From contig JBGASG010000006.1 of NCBI GenBank assembly GCA_044229845.1, positions 192,001-256,000 of the forward strand: a DNA stretch of 64,000 bases, read 5' to 3'. Below, one piece after another: positions 29,423 to 39,583 of this stretch (the stretch's first letter is position 1; each line of letters starts with the position of its first letter). This DNA is from Candidatus Obscuribacteraceae bacterium. Lineage in GTDB: Bacteria; Cyanobacteriota; Vampirovibrionia; Obscuribacterales; Obscuribacteraceae. The notes below the pieces were generated by a model that had not been told where the DNA came from, did not search any database, and saw nothing but the letters and a program-made list of their open reading frames with translations. The position numbers were made by a program, and so were the translations under genes.

Positions 29423-29793
29423 TAACTACTAAGACCTGCACGATGAGCGCCCCGGGAATGGTTCATCCAGTGCGCTTAATCGACCACGATCTCAGTGGCA
29501 GTTGAAAGTGTAAGTGGAGAACCGCTTCCGACGCGGCTGCGACAAGCGCATATAACTACAATAATCCACAAATCCCGCCGCCTGTCAAGCTTTTGACGTT
29601 TAGCGCCTGGACAAAACGGCGAGATCGTCGTTTCGGAACCGGGTCTGAGACCGGCTTTTCGGTGACTGCCACTGAATTTGGTGCCGCCCCCGGCAGGAGA
29701 TTGCGGCACGCAACAAATCGGCTCAAATCAGCCCGAAGGGGCGCATTAGTGCTACCCTCTAGGTTCTGTCCCAAAAGCTGTGGAGAAACTGAG

Positions 29794-30984
29794 GTGACGA
29801 CGACGACGGATGCGGAATCCAGGCTGGTAGTCGCGCAAGCGCGGCGGGTGGTGGTTAAGCTGGGAACGGCGATTCTCGTGAAGGAAGAAGGCGGCATTGC
29901 GCTCAGCCGCTTTTATTCGTTTATCGAAGGCATCGCCGACCTGATGAAGTCGGGAAAAGAAGTCTTGCTCGTCACTTCCGGTGCCGTCGGACTGGGCGCG
30001 CAGAAACTCGGACTAGCCAAGAAGCCCAAACAGCTGCCTCTCAAACAAGCCTGCGCCGCCATCGGGCAAGGTCGTTTGATGGCGCTCTACTCTGACGCAT
30101 TTCAGGCGCTGGGCGTGGTGACGGCACAGATTCTGCTCACCGAGGAGGACTTCTCCAACCGCCAGCGCTACCTCAATTTGCGCAGCACGATTCACGAACT
30201 GCTGCAATTGCGCGTTTTGCCGATCATCAATGAGAACGACACGGTTTCCACCGCCGAACTCGAGTCGTTGCGCGCCGAGGGCCACTACAAAGTAAACTTC
30301 GGAGACAACGACAAACTGTCGGCGCTCGTAGCAAGCAAAGTGGAGGCAGATCTGCTCGTCATTCTCACGGATGTCGAGGGTCTCTACACCGATGACCCGC
30401 GCAAAGGCGGCGACGCCAAGTTGATCGCGGAGGTCAAAGCCATCACGCCCGAAATCGAAGCCCTCGCCGATGCTCCGGCAAAAACCGCCAAGCTCGGACG
30501 CGGCGGCATGAAAACTAAATTGGACGCGGCCAAGGCAGCCACGCACTCAGGCTGCTCGGTGGTGATCGCCGGCGGCAAGGTAAACAACGTGATTCCGCGG
30601 CTTTTCGCCCAGGAACCGCTGGGAACTCTCTTCCTGCCTCAGCCCGGATTGACCGGCAAAAAACGCTGGATTGCATTTGCCACGACGGTCAAGGCAGCGC
30701 TTGTCGTCAACGACGGCGCGCGACAAGCGCTTCTGGCGGGCAAAGCCAGTTTGCTGCCGGCCGGCATAGTCGCGGTGCGCGGACAGTTCGAACGCGGCGA
30801 TGTGGTCAGCATTGTTGACGGGTCGGGCAGTGAGTTCGCTCGCGGCATCGCCAACTATGACAGCGAAGAAGCAAAGGCTGTCTCGGGGCTGCATTCGGCG
30901 GCGATCGACGAAAAAATCGCCGCGCGCAACTACGATGCCATCGTCACGCGCGATAATGTAGCTCTTCTGGAAGCCGTGGGGTAG
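29794..30984 (+). CDS. proB: Glutamate 5-kinase
   Basis: VVKLGT, TSGAV, INENDTV, GDNDKLSA, C-terminal PUA; GTG start after GGAGA. Confidence 0.95.
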   Translation: MTTTTDAESRLVVAQARRVVVKLGTAILVKEEGGIALSRFYSFIEGIADLMKSGKEVLLVTSGAVGLGAQKLGLAKKPKQLPLKQACAAIGQGRLMALYSDAFQALGVVTAQILLTEEDFSNRQRYLNLRSTIHELLQLRVLPIINENDTVSTAELESLRAEGHYKVNFGDNDKLSALVASKVEADLLVILTDVEGLYTDDPRKGGDAKLIAEVKAITPEIEALADAPAKTAKLGRGGMKTKLDAAKAATHSGCSVVIAGGKVNNVIPRLFAQEPLGTLFLPQPGLTGKKRWIAFATTVKAALVVNDGARQALLAGKASLLPAGIVAVRGQFERGDVVSIVDGSGSEFARGIANYDSEEAKAVSGLHSAAIDEKIAARNYDAIVTRDNVALLEAVG

Positions 30985-30994
30985 TCAATCTGCA

Positions 30995-32377
30995 ATGCCG
31001 CTGAAACCCGACGCCGAAGTTGCCGTCGAAAGCGCCGCACAACTGGCGCAGCGCGCCCGCACGGCATCGACTCAGCTGGCGTCCCTGAGCGGAGAGCGGC
31101 GCCGCGAATTACTGGAGCAGATGGCCGTTTGTCTCGATGCATCCAGCAAATCCATTTTGTCGGCCAACTCTCAAGATGTGGAGTCGGCTGCCCAGATGGT
31201 GGCACGCGGAGAGATGTCCTCGTCCCTGGCTGACAGATTGAAACTGGACGATGCGAAATGGGCGGGTGTGCTGGCAGGCGTGAGGCAGGTGGCAGCCATG
31301 GCGGATCCGCTCGGGCGCGTGGAGCTGGCGCGCGAGCTGGACAACGGACTACGTCTATATCAAACACGCTGTCCGATTGGTGTGGTGCTGGTTATCTTCG
31401 AGTCGCGACCGGATGCGCTGGTGCAAATTGTTTCTCTTTTGATCAAGAGCGGCAACGCCGGAATTCTGAAAGGCGGGAGCGAAGCGAAACGCACCAATCA
31501 AGCCATCATGGAAGCGATACTAATTGCCATTGAGCGGTGCCGGTTTCCTCAATCGTCATACACGCTCATCTCGGGGCGTGAACAGGTCGCTGAACTGCTC
31601 AAGCAGGAGCGCCTGATCGATCTGGTGATTCCCCGCGGATCCAATCAGCTGGTGCGCGACATTCAAAACTCAACCCGTGTGCCCGTGCTCGGACACGCCG
31701 AAGGAATCTGCCATCTTTATATTCACGAAGATGCAGATCTGGACATGGCACTGAAGCTGGCCATCGATGCGAAAACCAATTATCCGGCCGCCTGCAATTC
31801 GATCGAAACACTTCTGGTCAACGAGAAAATTGCGGCTGCGTTCTTGCCTGGTTTTCTTGAGCAGGCGCGAGATAAAAAGACGACGGTGCGCATGACTGCA
31901 GCGGACGCATTACAATTTGGTATCACCACCGAATCCGGTGCGCAGCCCGCCAAAATTGAAACGCCGGACACCATTGACTGGGCAACCGAATATTCGGATC
32001 TGGTCCTGTCCCTGAAAGTTGTAGACTCCCTGCCAACGGCCGTCGAACACATAAACCACTACGGCTCGGGACACACTGATGCAATCGTGACCGCGAGCAA
32101 GGACGCGTTCGATCTCTTCTTCGCCGCAGTGAATTCCGCCGGCGTCTACTGGAACGCATCGACGCGATTTGCCGACGGCTTCCGCTACGGGTTTGGTGCC
32201 GAGGTCGGTATCAGCACCAATCGGTTGCATCCACGTGGTCCAGTGGGCGTCGATGGTATCACGACCTACAAATACAAACTCGAGGGACGCGGACACGTGG
32301 TATCGGATTACACCGGAGCGGACGCCCAAAAGTTCACGCACAAAGACTTGCCGCTCGACGGAGGACAGGTCCCATAA
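30995..32377 (+). CDS. proA: Gamma-glutamyl phosphate reductase
   Basis: IFESRP, LKGGSEA, PAACNSIET, GSGHTDAI, NASTRFADG, HPRGPVG. Confidence 0.95.
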   Translation: MPLKPDAEVAVESAAQLAQRARTASTQLASLSGERRRELLEQMAVCLDASSKSILSANSQDVESAAQMVARGEMSSSLADRLKLDDAKWAGVLAGVRQVAAMADPLGRVELARELDNGLRLYQTRCPIGVVLVIFESRPDALVQIVSLLIKSGNAGILKGGSEAKRTNQAIMEAILIAIERCRFPQSSYTLISGREQVAELLKQERLIDLVIPRGSNQLVRDIQNSTRVPVLGHAEGICHLYIHEDADLDMALKLAIDAKTNYPAACNSIETLLVNEKIAAAFLPGFLEQARDKKTTVRMTAADALQFGITTESGAQPAKIETPDTIDWATEYSDLVLSLKVVDSLPTAVEHINHYGSGHTDAIVTASKDAFDLFFAAVNSAGVYWNASTRFADGFRYGFGAEVGISTNRLHPRGPVGVDGITTYKYKLEGRGHVVSDYTGADAQKFTHKDLPLDGGQVP

Positions 32378-32513
32378 CGCAGGAACGCGGCACATAACCC
32401 AGGAACGCGGCACATGTCCACACAATCCATCCACAACCCAGGGCGCACCAGGCTGCACGCACAACTTACAACTTAGGACAACAAGCAACAGTAAGACTGA
32501 TAGGATAGGCAGG

Positions 32514-33350
32514 ATGCTAAAAAACAAGAAGGTCGCAGTAATAGGTGTCGGCAAACTCGGTGAAGCTCTCATCTCCGGTTTGCTGAAACAAGGCGATTTG
32601 AAAGCAACCGATATCACCGGCAGCGTTGCCCACGAATCATCCATCGAGCGAGTCAAGCAACGGCTCGGCATCGAGTCTTCACTGGACAACAAAGAACTGG
32701 TGCGCGGCAAAGATCTCGTTTTGATTTCCGTCAAACCGCAAAACATGGATAAGGTAATCCGCGAGATTGCCGATGTGTTGACACCGGATCAATTGATCAT
32801 TTCGGTGGCAGCCTCAGTCACCACCAAATTTATCGAAGAACGTCTGAACGGAATGCCGATTCCCGTGGTGCGCGCTATGCCCAACACGCCGGCCACCATG
32901 AACGCCGGCATGACCGGACTCTGTGTCGGCAAGCACACATCTGCGCAACACAAATCTTCCGCCGAAGCAATTTTTAAATGCGTGGGCGAAACTGTGTTTG
33001 TTGATGAGGGACTAATGGATGGCGTCACGGCACTCTCGGCTAGCGGTCCAGCCTACCTCTACGTGATCATCGAATCCCTGGCCGAAGCGGGTGTCAAACT
33101 CGGCATTCCCCGCGACATATCGACGTTGTTGGCGTCTCAAACCATGCTTGGCTCCGCCCGCATGGTGCTGGAGTCCAAAGCGCACCCGGCACTGCTCAAA
33201 GATATGGTAACCACTCCAGCCGGTTGCACAATCGATGGACTCATGGAACTGGAGGAAGGCAAACTGCGTGTCACACTGATCAAAGCCGTCGTCAAAGCCG
33301 CCGAACGAGCACGCGAACTGGTCAATACTCAGAGTTCCAGCGACAAGTAG
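32514..33350 (+). CDS. proC: Pyrroline-5-carboxylate reductase
   Basis: IGVGKLG, VKPQ, RAMPNTP, SASGPAY, VTTPAGCT. Confidence 0.95.
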   Translation: MLKNKKVAVIGVGKLGEALISGLLKQGDLKATDITGSVAHESSIERVKQRLGIESSLDNKELVRGKDLVLISVKPQNMDKVIREIADVLTPDQLIISVAASVTTKFIEERLNGMPIPVVRAMPNTPATMNAGMTGLCVGKHTSAQHKSSAEAIFKCVGETVFVDEGLMDGVTALSASGPAYLYVIIESLAEAGVKLGIPRDISTLLASQTMLGSARMVLESKAHPALLKDMVTTPAGCTIDGLMELEEGKLRVTLIKAVVKAAERARELVNTQSSSDK

Positions 33351-33375
33351 AAGCACCGCTCCAAGCACGTTTCCC

Positions 33376-34749
33376 ATGACTAGCACAAAGTACACACAAC
33401 CAATCGAGCAATCCTGTTACTGGCTGGCGACGCGGGCACCACGAGACCCAGAGCCGGCTTTGCAAGGAAACAAACAGTGCGATGTGGCAATCGTCGGCGC
33501 CGGCTTCACCGGTCTCTGGACCGCACATTTCCTGAAGCAGCTCGACCCGAAACTGGAAATCGCCATAGTCGAGCAAAACATCTGCGGGTATGGTGCCAGT
33601 GGAAGAAACGCCGGCATCATCAGCTCTTCCATAGATCACTCGCATGCTCTGGCGGTTGCTCACTTCGGTCGCGAGGACGCCGCAAAACTGGCAAGAATTG
33701 GGCACGAAAACATTCGCGAACTGGCCGAATTCGCCCATGACTGCGACGTGGAACTCAGCGGTCAACTATGCTTCGCATTGACTCCAGCACACCTGGAAGA
33801 CTGCCACCACAGTGCCGCTGTAAACGAAGAATTGGGCATCACCGGCAGCAAGGTTCTGTCCGCAGAAGAAGCACGCGCCGAGGTCAATTCTCCCATCTAT
33901 CTCGGCGCCGGTTATTCGCCAGGGGGTGGCATCATCAACCCAATCAAGCTGGTCGACAAATTGCGTAGCACCGCAACCAGTTCTGGTATCACCTTTTACG
34001 AACAGACCAAAGTCAGCAACATAAGTGGTGGCACAATAACCGCCAACGGCGGTTTCCTCAACGCCAATAAGGTGGTGCTAGCCACTGATGCATACACGCA
34101 CCACTTGTTTCCCGAACTTCTCTGGCGATTCATCCCCCTCTACGACTACGTGATCGTCAGCGAACCGCTAACCGCTGCACAACATCAGCAAATAGGCTGG
34201 AGAAACCGCCAGGGCGCTACCGACGGTCGTTCGTTCTTCAACTACTATCGCCTGACTGCCGACAATCGCATCGTCTGGGGAACCAGCGAAGCAGTCTACT
34301 ATCCGCCAAACAAAGTGGAGTTGAGCTGCGATCACTCGCAGCGTCACTACGACGAGCTGCTGGTCAGCTTCGCCCGACACTTCCCATACCTAGCCGATCT
34401 GAAGTTTCCCTATGCCTGGGGCGGTCCGATTGCATCCACCACCCGATTGACGCCATTTTTCGGCAGCATGGAAAACGGCAAGGTGATTTACGCACTCGGC
34501 TACACCGGACACGGAATCGGCACCACCCGCTTGGCAGGCAAGATACTTGCCCACATGGCTATCGCCCGAGAGACAGAACTCACCCAACTCAAAATGGTCC
34601 AGAAGAAACCATTTCCGTATCCACCCGAACCTATCCGCTCCATGGCCGTTAAAGCAGTCACGCGGTCACTGCAGCAAGTCGACGCCGGCGGACAACCAAA
34701 CTCGCTGCTAAAAGTTCTGGACGCCATGGGACTAGGTTTCTCCAGCTAG
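33376..34749 (+). CDS. FAD-dependent oxidoreductase, DAO family (PuuB/OrdL-like)
   Basis: VGAGFTGL, GASGRNAG, WGGPI, GYTGHGIG. Confidence 0.85.
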   Translation: MTSTKYTQPIEQSCYWLATRAPRDPEPALQGNKQCDVAIVGAGFTGLWTAHFLKQLDPKLEIAIVEQNICGYGASGRNAGIISSSIDHSHALAVAHFGREDAAKLARIGHENIRELAEFAHDCDVELSGQLCFALTPAHLEDCHHSAAVNEELGITGSKVLSAEEARAEVNSPIYLGAGYSPGGGIINPIKLVDKLRSTATSSGITFYEQTKVSNISGGTITANGGFLNANKVVLATDAYTHHLFPELLWRFIPLYDYVIVSEPLTAAQHQQIGWRNRQGATDGRSFFNYYRLTADNRIVWGTSEAVYYPPNKVELSCDHSQRHYDELLVSFARHFPYLADLKFPYAWGGPIASTTRLTPFFGSMENGKVIYALGYTGHGIGTTRLAGKILAHMAIARETELTQLKMVQKKPFPYPPEPIRSMAVKAVTRSLQQVDAGGQPNSLLKVLDAMGLGFSS

Positions 34750-34767
34750 TCAAGCACTCTACCTGAA

Positions 34768-35080
34768 TTGAAGCGATATCGCTTTAGCTCCCCAGCCTCG
34801 CCTGAACTGAAGCGATATCGCTTTAGCTCCCCAGCCTCGCCTGAACTGAAGCGATATCGTTTTAGCTCCCCAGCCTCGCCTGAACTGAAGCGATATCGCT
34901 TTAGCTCCCTAGCCTCCGCTCAACTGAAGCGATATCGCTTTAGGTTTGACGGCGTGGAGAAGCGGCAGCCAGGGTTTTACCCGGGTAAAACTCCGATCGT
35001 GCCGAGTTTCACCCGGGTGAAACGAGTGGCTGGGTTCCGGTTTCTTGGCAAGCCACCCGCTCAACCGATATCGCTTTAGC
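34768..35080. repeat. GCGATATCGC repeat array, 5 units at 39-bp period plus one isolated unit
   Basis: Cores at 34773, 34812, 34851, 34890, 34929 and 35065. Confidence 0.95.
34974..35023. promoter_or_regulatory. Pair of 18-bp perfect palindromes
   Basis: GTTTTACCCGGGTAAAAC (34974-34991) and GTTTCACCCGGGTGAAAC (35006-35023), 32 bp apart; function unknown. Confidence 0.6.
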
Positions 35081-35210
35081 TTTGCTGTGCTGGGACTGGC
35101 ACGCCGAGAAATTTGGGACAAAAAGGCGTATGATCCACGAGCCAAGAGGCTTGGCGCGCCGGAAGGCAGTAAGCCGCGAGGCAAGAGAAGTATCTGGAGC
35201 CGAACGAACT

Positions 35211-36587
35211 ATGCCTCAAGATTTGAAGAAGGCGCAAAACACTGCTGCCGAGGTGATGAATCTGATCAACAAGCAAAAGCTTGATGAGTCGGAGCGCAAA
35301 CGAGTCATCGAAGACTCGGTCAAGTATTGGAAAGAGCATGTCAATGAAGGGTTCCTGCAGTATCGCAAATCGGTTAGCACCGACTACACAGCGGTCGAAT
35401 GGGAAGATGAAGGCGCCGTCTTCCGAGATATCAACGGAAAAGAATTCATTGATATGCTGGGCGGCTTCGGCATCTATAGCGTAGGGCACCGGCACCCCAA
35501 AGTGCTCGCCGCCGTCGAAAATCAATTGAAGCGCCAAGGCATTCATTCGCAAGAACTGATCGATCCGCTGCGCACCTATTTGGCACACCTGGTGGCATTG
35601 ATCACGCCGGGTGAGTTGCAGTATTCGTTTTTCAGCAACTCAGGCACCGAATCGGTGGAAGCATGCCTGAAGATGGCGATGCTCACCACCGGGCGCCACC
35701 ACTTCGTCGGCGCCATCGGCGGGTTTCACGGGAAGACCCTGGGGTCCCTGGGAGGTACTTCGAAAGCGGTATTTCGCGAACCATTCCTGCCGCTTCTCAA
35801 CTGGAGCCATGTTCCGTTCGGTGACGTCGATGCACTGAAAACGTTTCTTCACAGCTGTGACTTCTCCGGCGACAAGGTAGCAGCAGTCGTGCTGGAACCG
35901 GTGCAGGGCGAAGGCGGAATCAACGTTGCGCCCCGCGGATATCTGCCGGCGGTGCGTGAGCTGTGCGACAAGTATGGCGCGATGCTGGTGCTCGACGAAA
36001 TTCAGTGCGGCATGGGACGCACGGGCAAGATGTTCTATTGCGAGCACGAAGGAGTGACTCCCGATCTGCTGGCGCTCGGGAAGGGATTCGGCGGCGGCGT
36101 CATGCCGATTGGTGCCTGCGTAGGCACACCCAAAACCTGGGAGCGGTACATCGAGAATCCGTTTTTGCACACCACTACATTTGGTGGCAACCCGCTGGCC
36201 TGCGCCTCGGCGATCGCCACCATTTCGGTCTTGCTGGAAGAGAATCTCGTCCAGCAAGCTCAGGAAAAGGGCGACTACATGTTGCCGCGGCTTAACGAGC
36301 TCGCTAAGAGTTATCCCCAGGTGATGAGCAGCGCACGCGGAGTCGGACTGATGCTGGGCATGGAGTTTGTCGATCACGATATGGGCTATGCGGTGGCAAA
36401 AAATCTGTTCCAGCGCAATATTTTGATCTCCGGAACATATATCAATGCCCGCGTGTTACGCATTGAACCACCGCTGGTGATCAGCTACGAGCAGATTGAT
36501 AAGTTTCTCAAAGCCCTCGAAGAGTCGCTTGCACAAGTCTACAAAGAGAAAGGTATTCAGACGACCGCAGCGTCTGCCTCACGCTGA
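35211..36587 (+). CDS. patA: Putrescine aminotransferase (class III)
   Basis: EHVNEGFLQYRKSV, SNSGTESVE, FHGKTLG, EPVQGEGG, DEIQCGMGRTG, HTTTFGGNP. Confidence 0.9.
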   Translation: MPQDLKKAQNTAAEVMNLINKQKLDESERKRVIEDSVKYWKEHVNEGFLQYRKSVSTDYTAVEWEDEGAVFRDINGKEFIDMLGGFGIYSVGHRHPKVLAAVENQLKRQGIHSQELIDPLRTYLAHLVALITPGELQYSFFSNSGTESVEACLKMAMLTTGRHHFVGAIGGFHGKTLGSLGGTSKAVFREPFLPLLNWSHVPFGDVDALKTFLHSCDFSGDKVAAVVLEPVQGEGGINVAPRGYLPAVRELCDKYGAMLVLDEIQCGMGRTGKMFYCEHEGVTPDLLALGKGFGGGVMPIGACVGTPKTWERYIENPFLHTTTFGGNPLACASAIATISVLLEENLVQQAQEKGDYMLPRLNELAKSYPQVMSSARGVGLMLGMEFVDHDMGYAVAKNLFQRNILISGTYINARVLRIEPPLVISYEQIDKFLKALEESLAQVYKEKGIQTTAASASR

Positions 36588-36640
36588 GCGTATGAGCCGT
36601 ATAATTTAGTGGACGGCTCAGGAAACACAGGTATCTTCAG

Positions 36641-37186
36641 ATGGCAGTAATTGCGGTGGACATGGATGACGTCGTGGCGGACGCGCTTGGCGAACATCTG
36701 CGGCGTTACAACGAAATGTTTGGAACCACGATCGAACGCACGCATCTCAACGGCAAACCGCTGCGTCATATTATTCCTGCCGAGCACCGGCAAGCCGCCC
36801 ACGATCTGTTGCACCAGCACAGTTTCTTCGAGCAGTTACATGTGCTGCCCGGGGCTCAGGAAGTATTGCACGAACTGAGCCGCACGCACGAAGTATTTTT
36901 TGCCAGCGCCGCTATGGAAGTGCCTTGCTCGTTTGCCGCCAAGTTCGATTGGTTGCACAAGCATTTCGCATTCATTCCGCCGTCCAACTGGGTATTTTGC
37001 GGCGACAAACATATCCTCGCGGCAGATTATCTGATCGACGACAACGCGCGTCACTTCCAGAAATTCAGGGGCACCGGCATTTTGTTTGATGCACCGTACA
37101 ACCAGCACGTGACGGGATACGAGCGCGTGCATAACTGGTTCGAGGTGCGCGATTACTTTGCAAAAACGAGTTGCCCGCAACCGTGA
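36641..37186 (+). CDS. 5'(3')-deoxyribonucleotidase (HAD, NT5C-like)
   Basis: AVDMDDVVAD, AKFDWL, ADYLIDD, FDAPYN. Confidence 0.9.
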   Translation: MAVIAVDMDDVVADALGEHLRRYNEMFGTTIERTHLNGKPLRHIIPAEHRQAAHDLLHQHSFFEQLHVLPGAQEVLHELSRTHEVFFASAAMEVPCSFAAKFDWLHKHFAFIPPSNWVFCGDKHILAADYLIDDNARHFQKFRGTGILFDAPYNQHVTGYERVHNWFEVRDYFAKTSCPQP

Positions 37187-37267
37187 TTGCGGACAACTCG
37201 GGCCCATCAACTAGCGCCTGCCTGGCGCCTGCCTAACGAAAACGTACTTTTTTGAGAGCTTTGAAAT

Positions 37268-38128
37268 CTAGTTAGCCTTGACTCCGAACAACTTCGGAAT
37301 CGGCACATAGTACGGAACCGGAATGTTCGTCGACACACCTGTGAGTATGTTTCGCAGCGACACATCAATTTGACCGGTCTTCGGATTTTCGATCGCCTGG
37401 AAATCGAACTGCTTCTTGAAGCCCTGGTCGCCGGGCGTATTGAGCATCTTGGTCAACCACGCCACGCCGTTCTTGCCGAACACACCCTCGCGCGCATCTT
37501 CGTACGCCTGGCGAATCTCCTCGACAGGTATGTTTCCATTCAGCAGTCCATTCATAATCGAGCCGGAAACGGCCTTCAGCTTCTGCTCCTGTTCCTGGCG
37601 CAGCTGCTCGGCGCGGTGCTGCTCTCGCTGTTCCGATTCTTGAGGAGTGAGCATTTCGGTTGTCTTGCCGCCGGTATTGGTTTTGATGATGCGGTTGCCC
37701 TGCACTACGACGGTATCGCCGGACGGCATGGTCACATACTGACGATCGCCTTCCTTGCGAATCTGGAACACACCGCCCGTGGAGCTGGTCGTGATAGTCC
37801 CGTCTGCCCCCACTTGCACCTTGGCTATCGCGTTGCCGAATTTATCGAGATTTGCCACCGCCTGCGAACCGTCGCCGTTCGTGCGGAAGATCGAGTTGCC
37901 CGGCAGTTCATTCTGCTGCGGCTTCGAACCGACAACAATCTCTGGACGAAACTTCATCTTCGCCGCCAGCAATCCCAGTCGGTCGGCGAATGAGGGCGGT
38001 TCCGCGCCTTCAAAAGCTACGTCGCCGTACAGGTTTTCCGATGTTTCGGTTTCCGATCCGGCTCCCGCCGGCGGCACCAGCTTGACCTTATTCTCAATTG
38101 GTATTGCTTGCTCTTCCATGAGTTCCAT
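37268..38128 (-). CDS. Hypothetical protein
   Basis: Long ORF with beta-hairpin-rich middle; start uncertain. Confidence 0.65.
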   Translation of the reverse strand: MELMEEQAIPIENKVKLVPPAGAGSETETSENLYGDVAFEGAEPPSFADRLGLLAAKMKFRPEIVVGSKPQQNELPGNSIFRTNGDGSQAVANLDKFGNAIAKVQVGADGTITTSSTGGVFQIRKEGDRQYVTMPSGDTVVVQGNRIIKTNTGGKTTEMLTPQESEQREQHRAEQLRQEQEQKLKAVSGSIMNGLLNGNIPVEEIRQAYEDAREGVFGKNGVAWLTKMLNTPGDQGFKKQFDFQAIENPKTGQIDVSLRNILTGVSTNIPVPYYVPIPKLFGVKAN

Positions 38129-38302
38129 CCTTTGGTAAATCCTTGCCTGCTGCGTCCAATGTACGTCCGAGCGCGGCGCGCAACAACGAACAAGAATGTG
38201 AAGACCGCTCGCAGGCAGGCACGCCGGTCGGTTGCATAATTCCACAGTTGCCCACCGGGGCGGATACAGTTGCCAAATACATAAGGCTGCTAAGATCTCC
38301 CC

Positions 38303-39148
38303 ATGGCAAATGGAATCAGAGCTTCAGTTTCACTGGCTGGCGCGTTTGCGCTGCTCGCTGTTTCGACAATTTGTTCAACGCCGACCCGAGCAGAGATTCT
38401 GTCCGAAGATAAGAGAGTCATCTCGGGCTATACGCTCGTGTTTCGCAAATTCAATTGGAACAGCCAATTCGGCACCATCCTGGAAATCAAAAAAGGCAAG
38501 CGCCGTGTGCTGCGCCGCCAGGCACACGGCTTGTGGATCTTCTCGATGGACAAACAGGCTGAGTCCTTCGACTTGAAACCGAGTGATCCGGTGCGCGTCG
38601 CCGACTTGAACGGCGACGGCGTTAAGGATGTCGTGATTCAGGAGTGGAGCGGTGGTGCTCACTGCTGTTATACCTACGACATTTACTCGCTTTTGCCCGG
38701 CGGTCTGAAAACCATCTGGCACTGCGACGGCGGCGACGGACATCTAGCAATCGAAACACCCAAGAAAGGCCCGGCGGTGCTGGTTATAGAAGATGCCAGC
38801 CTGGCGTACTGGGTAACCAGTTTTGCCGACGCACCGATTCCCAAAGTCTATCTGCGCTGGACAGACGGTGCGTTCCGCGTTGATGCAAAAAGAATGCGCA
38901 AACCAGTCGATCCCCAGAAATTCAAAGAGTGCGCCGCTGATCCAAATTCTATTGCATCGGCAAAATACTTCGTGCAACTGGTTTACGAAGGACACGCGGA
39001 CAAAGCCCTGGAAGTGCTGAGCAAGCTGTCGCCGGCGGAACGAAAAGAGTTTCTCAAAGGATTCAATGAAAACTTCAGGAAGAGTCCTCACTATTCGCAG
39101 ATAATCGCCCTCAGCGATCCGCGCGCGATCCGCCGCCTCAAAGGTTAG
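38303..39148 (+). CDS. Secreted hypothetical protein with FG-GAP-like motif
   Basis: Signal peptide; DLNGDGVKD...SGGAHCC. Confidence 0.75.
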   Translation: MANGIRASVSLAGAFALLAVSTICSTPTRAEILSEDKRVISGYTLVFRKFNWNSQFGTILEIKKGKRRVLRRQAHGLWIFSMDKQAESFDLKPSDPVRVADLNGDGVKDVVIQEWSGGAHCCYTYDIYSLLPGGLKTIWHCDGGDGHLAIETPKKGPAVLVIEDASLAYWVTSFADAPIPKVYLRWTDGAFRVDAKRMRKPVDPQKFKECAADPNSIASAKYFVQLVYEGHADKALEVLSKLSPAERKEFLKGFNENFRKSPHYSQIIALSDPRAIRRLKG

Positions 39149-39365
39149 TGGCACACGCTTTTGTAGCGCGCGCGTTGCTTCGCACAGGGCGACATTGGCT
39201 AGCATGACTCAGTCCAAGCAGCAACACGCAGCTGATTGCCGCCACCAGCATCGGCAATCCGAATGTTCGGTCGGCATGACGCCAGATCATCTCGTTGGCC
39301 CAGAAAGCGACAACGACAGAGACACCGATCAGGATTCCATAGAGAGTTGGCAGTACCGATTTCAT
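39138..39365 (-). CDS. Small 2-TM membrane protein
   Basis: GAGGAG RBS; two hydrophobic segments. Confidence 0.55.
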   Translation of the reverse strand: MKSVLPTLYGILIGVSVVVAFWANEMIWRHADRTFGLPMLVAAISCVLLLGLSHASQCRPVRSNARATKACATNL

Positions 39366-39583
39366 GCAATGCTCCTCGAAGTGGTGTCTCCATCATCACT
39401 CCCCCTCGATTTCAGGACATCGGGAGCAAGGCGGAATCTTCGTAAGTGTGGATTGAATCAGAAGGACTAATCTCGTAACCTCGGGTTCACCCCAGGTCAC
39501 CCCTACCGACCACCCCAACGCCACTTACCCATGCCAGCCGGTGAATGGCCGGACGTGTAGAATGCGAAAAGGAGCGAGATGAC

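Noticed and set aside
29566..29690. Pro-rich leader (PQIPPP) or T-box upstream of proB
   Set aside because: No start codon upstream of the Pro codons in that frame (stop at 29503); AATTTGGTGCCGC lacks the T-box consensus; no attenuator terminator seen.
32378..32513. Direct repeat CAGGAACGCGGCACAT x2 between proA and proC, and extended proC N-terminus
   Set aside because: Short local duplication with no evident function; ATG 32514 fits normal ProC length.
34768..34945. Tandem palindromic arrays as CRISPR
   Set aside because: Inter-repeat segments are short and nearly identical rather than unique ~30-nt spacers; no cas genes in the window.
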